64,000 nt of DNA, from positions 7,688,001 to 7,752,000 of the forward strand of contig NW_026262669.1 in the NCBI RefSeq assembly GCF_021869535.1, written 5' to 3'. Positions 25,251 to 37,724 of this stretch are shown here, in pieces. Origin of the DNA: Mytilus californianus. Taxonomy: Eukaryota. The stretch's first letter is position 1. Every line of letters begins with the position of its first letter. The position numbers and the translations under genes were made by a program. The notes below the pieces were generated by a model. That model saw only the letters and a list, made by a program, of their open reading frames with translations, did not search any database and was not told the origin of the DNA.

Positions 25251-25419
25251 TTACGTAAGCGCATCATTGTTTGTGATATCCTGTGGTGTTTGTCGTTGAT
25301 TGAATATGTTCGTTGTTGTTCTGTGGTTTGCATGTTGTGTTGACTATTATATTATTTGTTTGTACGTTTCTCTGTGATGAATGTTCTTGCGTGTGTTTGT
25401 GCTGTTTTTTTGTAACGTA

Positions 25420-25740
25420 GTGTTGTCATTTTAGCTATAATTTTTAACATTGTCATAAAGCGGAAGGTTTGGCTAGCCATTAAACCAGGTTCAACTCACC
25501 ATTTTTTCTTAAAATGTCCTGTACCAAGTCGGGAATATGGCATTTGTTATCAAATAGTTTGTTTCTATGTATGTTGGCGTTTGGTTTTTTTTTTGCACTT
25601 CAGTGTTCCTGTTGTTCCTTTGTTTTCCTCTTATAGTTGATGTGTTTCCCTCGGTTTTAGTTTGTAACCCGGATTTGTTTTCCCTCAATCGATTTATGAC
25701 TTTTGAACACCGGTATACTACTGTTGCCTTTATTTATAAA
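25420..25740 (-). repeat. Interspersed repeat family B (AATAAAGGCAACAGTAGTATACCGCTGTTC...)
   Basis: Other copies at 34040-34410 (+), 44760-45130 (+), 59740-60130 (+); partial copies at 11017-11100, 47540-47640 and 50695-50765. Confidence 0.8.
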
Positions 25741-26136
25741 TTACAAGGTGTTCTTTGTCGATAAATTGCATGTTTCATTTAATAGTATGTGGCTAGCGTG
25801 TTGAACCTTGTAAGCAATGTCATGAATACTTGAGATATAGTTATGGTATTTTGATAGTTTGCTGGACTTGCATCGTCAGTTAAACTTAGTTTCAACTGAT
25901 TGAAAATAGCTTATATACATTCCTTCCATATTCGTCGTCTCTTGCTTTTCTTTTATATTCAGGATGTGACAAAAATAAAGAAATTTACAGATTTTCTTAT
26001 ATAAATTATATAATTGTATTATATAAATATATTTGTGTTTTAAATTTCGATTTGCATTACGAATTAAATTTCCGTTTTTGATTCTACTCTATTTAACTCA
26101 ATTATCCATTTTTGCCATAATGATATAATTTTGCAG

Positions 26137-26208
26137 CCAGTGCGGATCTGAAGGACTTCTGTACTCTGTGTGATGGTACCAAAATGGCTGGTCCGTTTTA
26201 TATGACAG
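26137..26208 (+). CDS. Secreted Cys-rich protein, exon 4 (ASADLKDFCTLCDGTKMAGPFYMT)
   Basis: Acceptor TTTTGCAG; 72 nt open, phase 1 to 1; donor CAG|GTAATA. Confidence 0.8.
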
Positions 26209-27074
26209 GTAATATACAAACTTTAGTATTTTATCACAACACAAGTAACTTATTTGCATCTATTTTTGTGAAATAATCTACTTTTTATCCTTTGATAAGA
26301 ATCTGTTTAATTGTTCCAAACATGCATGTTTCCAAATATTTTTTTACAAACATATACATTTCGGTTACGTCATGGATGTTCATATCCATTGCATTAATTG
26401 GATTAACAACACTCTAGCATTTTAAACAAACTAAATGCGTTGTTCTTTTGTTTTATGTTACAATAACGCAAGTGCAGGGAGTAATTTTGAGTGAGCATTT
26501 TTAGTTATAAATTTCATAATGGGTGAGCATTTGATACGCTTGATAACAATTCAAGTTATTTGATTTCAATATAATAGTAAACGATCCTTTGGAAACTTTT
26601 TTTATCATTATTGAAATCACTTAACGAGTTTTGATATCATGCGATATCCAATTTTGACAAGTTGTTTAAACAATTTTTTTTCCTAGGGTAAACATTATCT
26701 TTGTCCTGTTGAAATAATGTGATCAATTAAAATATAAGACCGCTTAAGGTATTGAGAATATTGTTTCAATATCCATGCCTACTGTTAACTTCAAATATTG
26801 TCAACTTTTTTTACGCTCAGAAAATGGAATGGAATGGGAGATTATTGACATTTAATATGCATCTTTGACATGACGTATAGCCAATATCAATGAAGTGATT
26901 TGTATCCCATTGCAGAATAGGCCAACTCAATTTACGCATTTTTCGTATCACTTATTTATATTACACTCCGTTAAATGTGATACAATTGATGAATACTAAT
27001 GCGGAAAATAGATAACAGGCCACAACCAGATTTAAAAAATCAACCTTTTCTTACTTATCCATAGCAAACGTATG

Positions 27075-27440
27075 CATATTGATGTTCCTTTTCTTTCCTT
27101 GTTTCCAAAATAAAACACATTATACTATTAAAGCAGAAGGAACTTTGAAGAGGGTTGATTATTCCATTGATATCGTCTATCTCTTTTTCTATAATCTAAA
27201 GGTCAACTATTAAGTGCCGAGAAATATTGAAAATCGTAACAAACTTATAGATATTGATGCTCCTTTGCATTCCTTGATATCCAAAAATAGTACAAACTAT
27301 ATATTTGATCTATTAAAACATAAGGGACTTTTGTCTTGAGATGTTCGATTATTACATTGATATCTGCTATCTCTTTTATACAATCTAAAATTTATCTATC
27401 AAGTGCTGAGAAATATTCAAAATCATAGCAAACTTATAAA
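27075..27440. repeat. Old tandem duplication, ~175-bp period
   Basis: ATATTGATGTTCCTTT...AAGTGCCGAGAAATATTGAAAATCGTAACAAACTTATA repeated as ATATTGATGCTCCTTT...AAGTGCTGAGAAATATTCAAAATCATAGCAAACTTATA. Confidence 0.65.
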
Positions 27441-28972
27441 TAAATATCTTGGACAATATTCGTCATAAAAAAATTGGGAAGCTATGTTTCAATGTATGTG
27501 TATGTTTATATACATTGACGATCAAAGAATCTTGCAAAATTCAATAAATAATATACAGAAAGAACATTGAAGTTCATTTAGATAATACACTATTTACCTA
27601 TGTGATATATAAATGAAGGACTTTCACTAAGTCAATACGTTGTATTTTGAATAGTGTGTTAGAATATATTGACACAAGAACCTTGTCCTCGATCAATATA
27701 ATCTGAAAAAGGTTCGTATATTTTACTGACCTCGTTAAAAGTCTATAAAAGTGGGACGAAATATACCAGAGGGACAGTCAAACTCATAGATCGAAAACAA
27801 ACTGACAACGCCATGGCCAAAAATAAAAAGAGAAAAACTGACAAATAATAGTACAGATGACACAACATAGAAAACTAAAGACTAAGCAACACGAACCCCA
27901 CCAAAAACTGTTAATTATGTATAATTAATACATATTGTTTTGTTACCTTGAATTCGAAAATAACAAAATAGTATAAATCTATCATATAACACCCTTCTGA
28001 TCTTCATGAAACATAAGTTAATAACATACTCGTATTTCTTTTTTTAATTTTATCTAATAAACATGATATATTTGAATTTAGTTTAAACAATATTTTTCAA
28101 AAGTGCACAAATTACAATTATACAAAGAAATATAGGGATTCGGAAACAAGAGGAACTTATGTAAATTCGTTTCCTTATGAGGGAAATATTTGTGTTTAGT
28201 ATTCATTATTGTCTACACCTCTTGCATATAATGCAAAACTACCAAAATACAACCCCAATGAAGACCAGGTCAACAACATACTACCTTAATAAAGATCAGG
28301 TGAAAACATACAACCTCAATAAAAATCAGGTCAACAAAAACAACCTCAATAAGGATGAGGTCAACAATATTAAGATATGAGCCAATGCTTTACCAAAAAC
28401 AAAAACAAAAAAATAAGGCTACAATAAGTCTAACTCAATGATAAAAATACATATATAAGATATGTTAGGGTCATTCTTTGGCTCAATTCTTTTTTGTCAA
28501 AACAAATAAGCATGTTTAGTTCAAATATGTCATGGTGAACACCAATGACGTCTCAGCATGAAATTTATCAGTATATCATGACTGATATAATTTTGAAAGG
28601 CGTAGATAATTTAATTAATTTTGAAATTTCAGAAGCCAAATAATGGCCCATATAATTAAACATTTGAACAGTCTTCTTGTTTTTTTAAGAAAATAACCTA
28701 AATGGATTGTATAGCAGGCTAAAGGCTAAATATACCCTCTCCAAAAATAAGACTAATGATGCACCATTTGGAGTTTATATTTCTCTAATTTTCATGCTTT
28801 TTCACATTTCTCGATAGGTGTGAGAAAAATATTTTTCGTTTCTATAGAAAACTTTGTTCTCGGCAATTGATTGGTCGAAATTTAATTATGACGTCAAATT
28901 TTCTTGGAATGTATATTTAAATATTATTTAATCATCGTGCTTATCATTATCTTCTCATTTCATTTTTAACAG

Positions 28973-28978
28973 CTGGTA
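28973..28978 (+). CDS. Candidate 6-nt micro-exon (CTGGTA) of the secreted-protein gene
   Basis: Long pyrimidine tract TTATCTTCTCATTTCATTTTTAACAG|CTGGTA|GTAAGTATG; frame-preserving, phase 1 to 1. Confidence 0.4.
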
Positions 28979-29753
28979 GTAAGTATGTTTAAATTACATT
29001 ATTTATTATAATTACAAACAACTTTTTATATATTTGTATTTGTGAATATACATGCAGTATAAAAATAAACGGTAGGACGCATGGTATAGACATGCAAATG
29101 TTGATGTGTGTTTGCACGTAACACAAAATTAACAGACCCATATTTTGCCTGAACAAAGTCAGGCTTCATTATTTTTTATTGTTTGTATATTAGAATAGAA
29201 ACATGTGGTACAATTGCCAATAAGCCAATTATCTCTCTGTGTTAAATGGAATGTTTATCAGTTTTCTGTTCAAAGAATTCGGGTGTTTTTGAATGAGGTG
29301 ATGTGTTATTGATTACATTATTATTTGGTGATTACAGATATCATTGTTTTTTTCTTTTTACCAAATTTTTAGAATTTTAATGGATCAATTTAAGAATATA
29401 ATGTTTATGAACATAGTTGCCTAACAGTAAGCACGTTTTGATTGGCATTGATGGTTATAGCGAATTTGTTGTCTCTGAGGTACAAATTATTTCTTGGGTC
29501 AAGGCAATAGTAGATAGCTAAAAAACAACAAACTCACCAGTTGTTCAGTGTTTTTTGTAACTAACCAAGAACACTCTTAAAGTAACCTCCATACACTATC
29601 CTACAAACAGACATGTTGTATAAGAATACATTATTGTCCGTTTGTTGTTTGTATACATTAGATTTACCGTTATCTTGATTGTGATCCTTGTGTTAAAATT
29701 TGCATTTACATATTTGCACTTACTATATATTACCATACTCTACATTATACTCA

Positions 29754-30001
29754 GAGGTGCCTCGGTGGTCGAGTGTTCTAAGTAGTCGAGCTTCTGATCA
29801 CTGACATGTCAACATTGAGTTTGAATCCCGAACGAGTCAGGTGTGCTCAATTTCAATCTTAATTTCCTAGGATTGTAAGTTTTCCTACCGAAGATCGGTG
29901 GTTCTCTCCGCTGCATCCCGACTTCCTTAACCAATAAAAACTGACCAACACGAAATAACACAATAATGCTGAAAGTGGGGCTAAACACTAATCAATTAAT
30001 C
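29754..30001 (+). mobile_element. tRNA-derived SINE
   Basis: A-box-like TGGTCGAGTGT (29766), B-box-like GTTTGAATCC (29819), core GGTGGTTCTCTCCG...CCAATAAAAACTGACC and an (AATC)-like tail. Confidence 0.7.
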
Positions 30002-30369
30002 AGTATTCACAGAAAAAGAAAACGAGAAATAACCCAAAAGCACGCTGTTATCATGTCTTACTTTTTTCTTTTCATATATATTTTAATAAAATATGAATTC
30101 TCATGAATAAGGAGACAGACACCTACAGTTAACTTTTTTTACTGTATATTCGATAATTTCAATGTTTTCTTTCCATTTGAAACACCAATATTCACTGAAG
30201 TCATTTTCGGCACAAAAAAAAAATTAGTATGAACGTGTCTGTAAAATATGAATTCAACACTATTTACAAAGGTAATAGTCTTAGGAACTATTGACTGGCA
30301 AATAGTCTCTGAACGGACTATGGAATGAATAGCACGAAAAGTATATAAAAAACTGTAAAAGCTATATTT

Positions 30370-30433
30370 TATTATTATTATTGTTATTATAATAATTATT
30401 ATTATTATTCTTATTATTATTATTATTATTATT
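30370..30433. repeat. (ATT)n microsatellite
   Basis: Imperfect ATT run ending 37 nt before the predicted terminal-exon acceptor. Confidence 0.95.
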
Positions 30434-30470
30434 AACTTTAAATGAACCATTCAAGGCAGACCATCGTCAG

Positions 30471-30658
30471 CTGATAGAACTAAACCAATCGGCTGTACTC
30501 GGCCTTTTACATGTCAGAGCAAAAACAACCAACAGGTGTGCTGTTCTGATGAGGAACCATTCGACAGTGGAATGAACTGTAAACGGCAACACCATAACAG
30601 ACGACAGAGTAGATATAGGTCATATGGTAGATATAGGTCATCCAAATCAGCTCATTAA
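30471..30658 (+). CDS. Secreted Cys-rich protein, probable terminal exon (DRTKPIGCTRPFTCQSKNNQQVCCSDEEPFDSGMNCKRQHHNRRQSRYRSYGRYRSSKSAH*)
   Basis: Locally GC-richer open frame of 61 codons in phase 1 after acceptor TCAG|30471 (alternative AAG|30456, same phase); five Cys; TAA at 30656-30658; AATAAA 50 nt downstream. Confidence 0.65.
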
Positions 30659-30707
30659 ATGTGCATATCAAAATCAGTTGGGATACAGTAATATGAAGAA
30701 CAGAATT

Positions 30708-30713
30708 AATAAA
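30708..30713 (+). terminator. Probable polyadenylation signal
   Basis: AATAAA 50 nt after the predicted stop; a second AATAAA lies near 30742. Confidence 0.45.
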
Positions 30714-31539
30714 ATTTAGTCAAGAGTTGGAAGATCAATGAAATAAAAGCCAAATATGATCACAACTTTTGAGTTTGCCTTTCCTTGACCATGTTGAAAA
30801 TGAAAATAACATTTTACAAATTTGGTGCGTCCGAGTGCTATTTTGGATGTACCTTCATCATGATGGCGCACATTCTAGAATGTAAAAGTCTAGGATGTAT
30901 ATACAGGAATAATATGACCGAAATGATCTGTGACCTATTAAAGTAATTTTCAATCCTTTTTTTTTATGGTGAATATGCTCATCTATTTTTGTTTTTGACG
31001 GCCCGAATTAATTTTTTTATCATTTAAGTAAGAGGATATAAGAGGTATACCTCTATAAGATTGCAATTCAACGACTCAAATTAATAAAAAAAATGAAGGT
31101 CAATATATAGTTTTCGACAAAAGCATGATGTATAAGAGAGGCGATACATACCAAAGGGACATTCAAACGCATAAGTCGAAAATAAACTGACAAAGCCATA
31201 TGCCAAAAAAAAAGAAAAAAAGAAAAGGACCAAAAGACAAAAAACAGTACACAAATACAACTTAGAAAAATTACAGACTGAGAAAAATGAAAAATGAACC
31301 CATCAAAAAGCGGGGTAATATCAGGTGCTCTGGCTTGTTAATATACAATATATAATATACAATAAGCCAGGCTGTACATTGCCTCCACATAAATGACAAA
31401 GAGAGGCGAAAGATGCCAAAGGGACATTCAAATTCATAAGTCGAAAATACACTGACAACGTCATGGCTAAAAACATAAGTCGAAAATACACTGACAACGT
31501 CATGGCTAAAAAAAGAAAAAAGACCAACAGACAAACAGA

Positions 31540-32345
31540 CAAACAATAGTACACACAACGCCACATAGAAAACTAAAGTCTGAGCAACACAAACCCTTCC
31601 AAAACCTCAGGGTGATCTCAGGTGCTCCGGAAGGGTCAGAAGATCCTGCTCTATATGTGACACCTCTCGTGTTCCTCATGTAAGTACAAACCCGGTAATA
31701 AGTCTTAATCGGTAGGTCACATTCGGGGAAAAGGGGTCGGGATTGTAGTTACGACATATGAAACATATCCGCTATTATCCGTGAAACGGATATTCCATAA
31801 CGGTCAATCAAGTCATGATGGCGTCTGTAAAACCCTCTATACAAGCCCTGGAATATTGTATCAACTGGGAAATATATACTCCATATGCAGCTGCTGCTTG
31901 AATGATGCTACATAAAATGGAATGTTCACAATTTCGGAAGCTGAAATCATCACTATTGTCGTAAAGTCTAGTTTTCAACCGACCCTCATTTCTAGATGTC
32001 AAAATATGAGGCTGACATAACTGTATCCGTTGTATCCTTTATCTCAAGTTCGATGGGATAGAAGCGTTCAACACAGTCACCAAATTTTAAATTAGTTAGT
32101 GAGAGGACATCATCTATATAGCGGATAGTAAAGTTAAAGGATACTGCTAACTTCTTTTCTTTCTTCCTAAGAAGTTCCTGTATTACGTCGGGCTCATATG
32201 AATAAAGTAGTAAGTCGACAAGAATAGAGACACAGTTGGTTCCCATGGGAATGCCGATAGTTGGTTGAAAAACACGTCCTCCAAACGTAACAAATATGTT
32301 GCCAATCAAGAAATCAAGCATCTTGGTAATGACAGTTTCAGAGAA
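31540..32345 (-). pseudogene. Decayed 5'-truncated Penelope-like RT with 3' module
   Basis: MLDFLIGNIFVTFGGRVFQPTIGIPMGTNC...IRYIDDVLSLTN...ELEIKDTTD; AAYGVYISQLIQYSRAC. Confidence 0.85.
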
Positions 32346-33294
32346 TTTTTTGTTTGAATCAGAGTGATTTTTTTCAAAAGTATGATTAATCCCTCCCTAA
32401 AACAAGATACTTGTATCGACGTTAGCCATTCCTTTTTTTATGAAACAAAGCATTACCAAGTCTTCAATTTGTCTTTTAGTTTGGACAAGGTAAGACAAAT
32501 TTCAGAGAGACAAACAATTGAACAAAAAAATAAAAATCAATTCGTCAAAATTTAACGTTTGTACTTACGATTATACATTTTTATATCCGCCAGAATAGCG
32601 TGTTAAGAATTATTAAACCTTGACAAGAAAAAAAAAAAACAACATGTGTTTGCTTCATGTCAAGATATAAGACAAGAGAGTGAGTACCTGTCCCCTAAAA
32701 TCAAATACTGATATTGAAAAGTAAAACAAAATAGAAATGCTTGAAGCATGATTAAATTCAGAGTAACATTTCTTGCTATTTGCATGTTGATCTCATTGAG
32801 TATCCTTCTATCCTTGAATAACGGAGGTCGTCGGTGCGATGGTCAGCCGGTTATAACCACAAATTTTAAAAGTTTTATTTACCTGCCAATCACCTAAGCG
32901 CACGGTATTAAGAAGTAAGAGCAAAAACAAGTCATCAAAGAGTGAGAATTACAGGTTCTGGTATTGTGATCCTTCATCGTTCTGAATGTTACAATGAACA
33001 AGCTTGTTTAAAATCTAGCTCAGAAGTCTATCTTATACACAGCAGGGTTCATATACACATCACATCAACATGGTCACGTACTGATTTGCATGTAATATTT
33101 GATAATGAAGTTAAACACATACCTATTTAAATATTTAATACATTTAAACAAATAGCAAATACAACAAGTATCAATTGATAGTGTTTTCTCGGAATATTTT
33201 AAAACATTTAGAAAACAGAGATGTCAATTAAAATAACCCGATATTGTTGTGACGTCATTCTATTGTTGTATCCGTTCTTTATTTAAGTGATTGG

Positions 33295-33403
33295 ACTATC
33301 ATTTACCTGTAGGTAACCATCATGTTACCTTTAACTGTCCAATATTTTAAAAATATTGGACAGCTGGAGGTAGCATAATTGATTCTTACAGGTAAATGAT
33401 AGT
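33295..33403. repeat. 109-bp imperfect palindrome
   Basis: ACTATCATTTACCTGTA ... CTGTCCAATATTTTAAAAATATTGGACAG ... TACAGGTAAATGATAGT. Confidence 0.8.
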
Positions 33404-33705
33404 TCAGGGACTGAAAAAATCCATCAATTCACACAATTTGTTTCTTCATTTTAAAAAATATTTACAACGAAAGAACAAATGACAATTACACTATTAAGAT
33501 CACATTACAATACAATAATTTCGTCACTCATCAAGATGGTTTTCAAAACACTTTTAAATTGATTTTAACACTGCCAGCGTCAATACTTATTTCACATTTT
33601 TCTCACTTTATGGGTTGTCTCTTTTAGTACCAATTTGATTGACAATGCTCGTTGTAACTTTTGTTTTTCGGTGCATTAAAGTATGTCTTTTTGCACAAGC
33701 TTTTT

Positions 33706-33785
33706 TTATATTCTCGTCCGTCTTTTGATATACAAATCGACATCTTTGTTGTTCTCCTTAAGCTTCTTCCTAACATCATTTTCAG
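33706..33785 (-). CDS. Candidate terminal exon of an unidentified minus-strand gene (xENDVRKKLKENNKDVDLYIKRRTRI*)
   Basis: Very strong acceptor TTTTCTTTTTCATTTTTTTCATTTTCATTGTAG and purine-rich coding-like sequence. The phase-0 frame is also open, so the reading is ambiguous. Confidence 0.3.
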
Positions 33786-36618
33786 CTACAATGAAAATGA
33801 AAAAAATGAAAAAGAAAATGCTTCTAACGCTTGATATAGGTAATGCCGCAATACGAAGACTACAAGCAAATGATTTCATTACCATAATTTAGAGAAATCG
33901 TTCATCTGAAGTAGATGTTTTAATTAGTGTTGATGTGCAAGCCACATATTGTTTCTTGGACAAAATAGCTAATTAAGAATTTGATCAACAACCTTAACCT
34001 CACCCCGTGTATAATGTGTAAATCGAGAACTTGCTTAATGAATAAGGGCAACAGTAGTGTGCCGCTGTTCGAAATTCATAAATCGATTGAGAAAAAACAA
34101 ATCCGGGTTACAAACTAAAACTGAGGGAAACACATCAAATATAAGAGGAGAACAAAGACACAACAGAAACACTAAAATGCAACACACACAGAAACGAACT
34201 ATAGGATAACAATAGCCATTTTTCTGACTTGGTACAGGACATTTTAAGAAAAAATGGTGGGTTGAACCTGGTTTTGTGGCTAGCCAAACCTCCCGCTTAA
34301 ATGGCAATGTTAAATATAAAACTAAAATGACAACATTACATGACAGGACTACAATGCTAATAAATGGAAGAGCATACAGGACAGAGAAACACACAAATAA
34401 ACAATACAATAGAACATTACGACAAGCTAATAGTTATCAAAGATGCAAGGCCTAAAGATAAAGAGCATTGATGACCTTAAATTCCAAAAAGTTGTGCCAA
34501 ATACGGCTAGGTTATCTGCCTGGGATAAGAAAGAATTTAGTATTTAGAATAATTCATATTTTTGCAAACAGTAAATTTATAAAATATAAAAATGACCATA
34601 TAATTGATATACATGTTAACACCGAAGTGGTGACTAACTACAGAATAAAAAACGAATACGTAAAACAACCTAGATCAGCACATAAAAAAGCTCCGCCGAC
34701 CAACGCATTGTATGTCCGCCGAGAATATCGACGCACAAAAGTGACGTCACAGGTAAATTTAAAAAAAATTATGAATTCATGAACTAGGGGACTACAACAG
34801 TTTGTTTTTTTTTTAATTTTCAGGTGTCGGCGTTGATTTGCTATTTTTTTTATTGAATCTGATTATAATTATTGTCTGTAAAGGAATCTAATACAAAACT
34901 TTGCTTATTAACGATGGTGCATACGAGAAACAGAAAAAAACCACAGGTTAAAGAAATCAATCGAGTGTCTGATTCTCACTCGAAGTGATCGTTTTTTGTT
35001 TTGTTTTAAGAAACCGATGTAATCTCTTGAAATTGCATAAACGTAGGTGCTAGATTTAATCATATATTTGTTAAATTAGTTTATAGACAGTTTGTAAATG
35101 TGTTATATAAATTTGAACATAAAAACCAATCCTGCATTGAATTGAATGAAAAAGGGGGAGTTAATATTAAAGAGTTTTTGCTATATATAACGTAAAAATA
35201 CGAAATACTTACGTTTCTTTCCAATGTACTTATGAACAGTTTCAAACACTTGAGATCTCAAAAGTAAAATTGATTGAATACAACAAATATACTTAAGCAC
35301 ACAAACAACGATATGTACACTAACAATGCTTTGTTTTGAAAGAAAAGAAAAAAAAGCCTTGCTTGCTAAGGAAAATCGAGGGACAAAAATATTTTTCAGG
35401 AACGTAAAAAATAAACAACAAAAAAGGACAGCAATACGCAAATAAACTAGAAAATGAGCGACATGAACCTTGCAGAGAAAAACTAAAAAGGGGGGGGGGG
35501 GGAGGGGGTGGGGTCGGGGGTATTCAGGTGGTCCAGTTTGGGTTAACAATAAGTAAACTGTCTTTCTCTTGCTAGGCAACCGCAGAGTCTAAGTCAATTT
35601 CTGTGAACAAGGAAGGAAAAAGAGGACCTTCGTCATACGGGAAAATTATAAATCCGTATTTTTTTTTCATGTATTATAGATGAATACGTCTGAACGATTT
35701 CTTGATCACCAGATATTTCATGACGATGAATTTAGATATTATAACTATATTAGTTCATTTTTGCAAGTAAAAGATATAATATTTGGATAACAATTCTCTT
35801 AAAATTCATTGAAATAATATAAAAGGGGAAAATTCCGATGAACAACAAAATAATTTCAAATGCTTTCACGCTTGTTATCTCGTCATGTGTGTGTTCATTC
35901 ATTATATTCAATAGTGTTGGATTTGAAATAAAATCGACTGTGGTGCACTCGATGTGGTTGAACTTGTTTCTGCAACGTGAACCTGTCTTCAAGCTTCATG
36001 AGTTTAGTTTTTTTTTTTTAATCTTTTCTCATTCACCTTATGAGAAATAAAACCCTAGAAGGAATAAGGAAGCAATATATAAGAGAGGACTACATTTTAA
36101 TATATATATAACAAATGTCATTATTAGCTGCTATAACTAAATCCTCCTCGTTGTCCACACTTCAATCGGATATATTTGAACACAGATTTGATATTAATCC
36201 AAAGTTTGAAACAAATCAATCGCTTGTATTACTATATTCGACATCGCTATTTCCTTGTCGGAAAGGATTATGCATTAAGAATATAATTCCATCGTCTTTA
36301 TCCATTTTTAAACACCAAACGCATGTGATGGAATTTTCGGAAAATACATAATGTAGTCCTAGCGCACGCAGAAAGCATGATACACAATGTTTTAGGTCTT
36401 CACTTACATATAGCTATACATGTAATTTACCTTCAACTGTACTCTATGTTTTTCCATTGTTGAAGTTGAGCTACTGTTTACAAGGACCAACATGCAGGAT
36501 AATATCAATAAATTTTCCCCAAAACAAATTACAGACTTCATGAAAATAAATCTTATCAAAAGTTCGTATTTGTTTACTTTTTTCACCTTCTTTGACAAGT
36601 TAAACAATGTTTTAAGTA

Positions 36619-36686
36619 AGATATAAGCCTCTAACAGTCCATTCTGTAAAATGTTTTACAGACTGGACTGTTAGAGGCTTATATCT
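36619..36686. repeat. 68-bp near-perfect hairpin
   Basis: AGATATAAGCCTCTAACAGTCCA-t-TCTGTAAAA-tg-TTTTACAGA-c-TGGACTGTTAGAGGCTTATATCT. Confidence 0.9.
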
Positions 36687-37682
36687 TTCACATACTGTGA
36701 AAGTACTTTCGTGGAAAACAAATTTTCGCGGTTTCCGTGGATGGCTTTATCCAAGAATTTTAGTGTCCAACGAAATATAACATCTGTTGTCCAAATCAAA
36801 ACATACGGTCATAAATAATCTAGAGGATTCATTGAACTATATACAACTTCAGACAGGATTTTACCCATTCAATCTTTAGAAAACTTAAACTGAACGACTT
36901 TGAACCTTTTAATTCTCATAAAAGAAATAGTTTTGATTGATAAAAGTCAGACTTCCGGTGATGATATGCGATGATGAAGTGTTCGTTTTATCTCCTCATA
37001 AATTTCATACGCAAACAAATAATAATTTCATATTGGGCTTGTTTTTTTTTCATTTTATAAGAATTAATTCAACTATTCATTTTACATTTGTAGCATTTTT
37101 TCTTGTAATTGTTTTAATTTAAGTGTCATGTTTATGGTCCAATAACACCTTTCATGATCATTAATCTGTTGATTATTTGATCTCAGATAAATAAGTGTCA
37201 TCACTTCTAATTACACGTGTGCAACAATTTAAATGTTTTTTTTGCACTTTCCTTAAATCGAAACAATTTGTCAGCAGCTTTTTTTCCGAAAGCAATTATC
37301 ATATTAAAACTGTTATGAACGTTGTCAGTAATGAAAGACATACAAGTAAGTGAAGATGAACACCTTATTTTGCGATGTCCCACAAATCATTTTATAAAAC
37401 AACATATGATTATTTTCATGAATCTCTGTTTCATGTGACTTCAAATTCCTCACTCGATTTTTGCTGAAAAAAACTAAAATCCACGAATTTAAGAACTCAC
37501 GAATATGTAACTTTTGATCAAACCACGAAAATCGATACCCACGAGTAAAAGTACCCTTGCCATTATTTACAATATATTTTAAACTTACCAATTTGAAATC
37601 ATGCTATATAGTTTTTATACATTGATATTTTTTCCTGCATTATCCACTTTTAAAAAATGAAAACAACAAGTATAAATTGCAT

Positions 37683-37724
37683 GCGTCCGAAGCGATTTTC
37701 TGGATTTACCTTCATCAGGAACGC
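37683..37724 (-). ncRNA. Hammerhead-like variant, type I topology
   Basis: GCGTTC-CTGATGA-A-GG-taaat-CC-A-GAAA-ATCGCT-TC-GGACGC: 6-bp stem I, UUC triplet, extra A on each side of a 2-bp stem II. Confidence 0.5.

Noticed and set aside
30139-30450. 103-aa ORF with poly-Ile
   Set aside because: Translation of the (ATT)n microsatellite.
30545-30575. CTGATGAGG...GAA within the terminal exon as a hammerhead
   Set aside because: No stem II pairing or GAAA at the right distance; the sequence is explained as codons SDEEP.
34035-34409. Hydrophobic ORFs containing STHHFFLKCPVPSQ (also 44853-45137, 59706-59987, 25567-25764)
   Set aside because: All are translations of repeat family B with differing frames and stops.
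36120-36330. Minus-strand coding-like stretch with two in-frame TGA codons (SD*), considered as possible selenocysteine
   Set aside because: No start, splice context or SECIS-like element seen; more simply a decayed fragment or chance.
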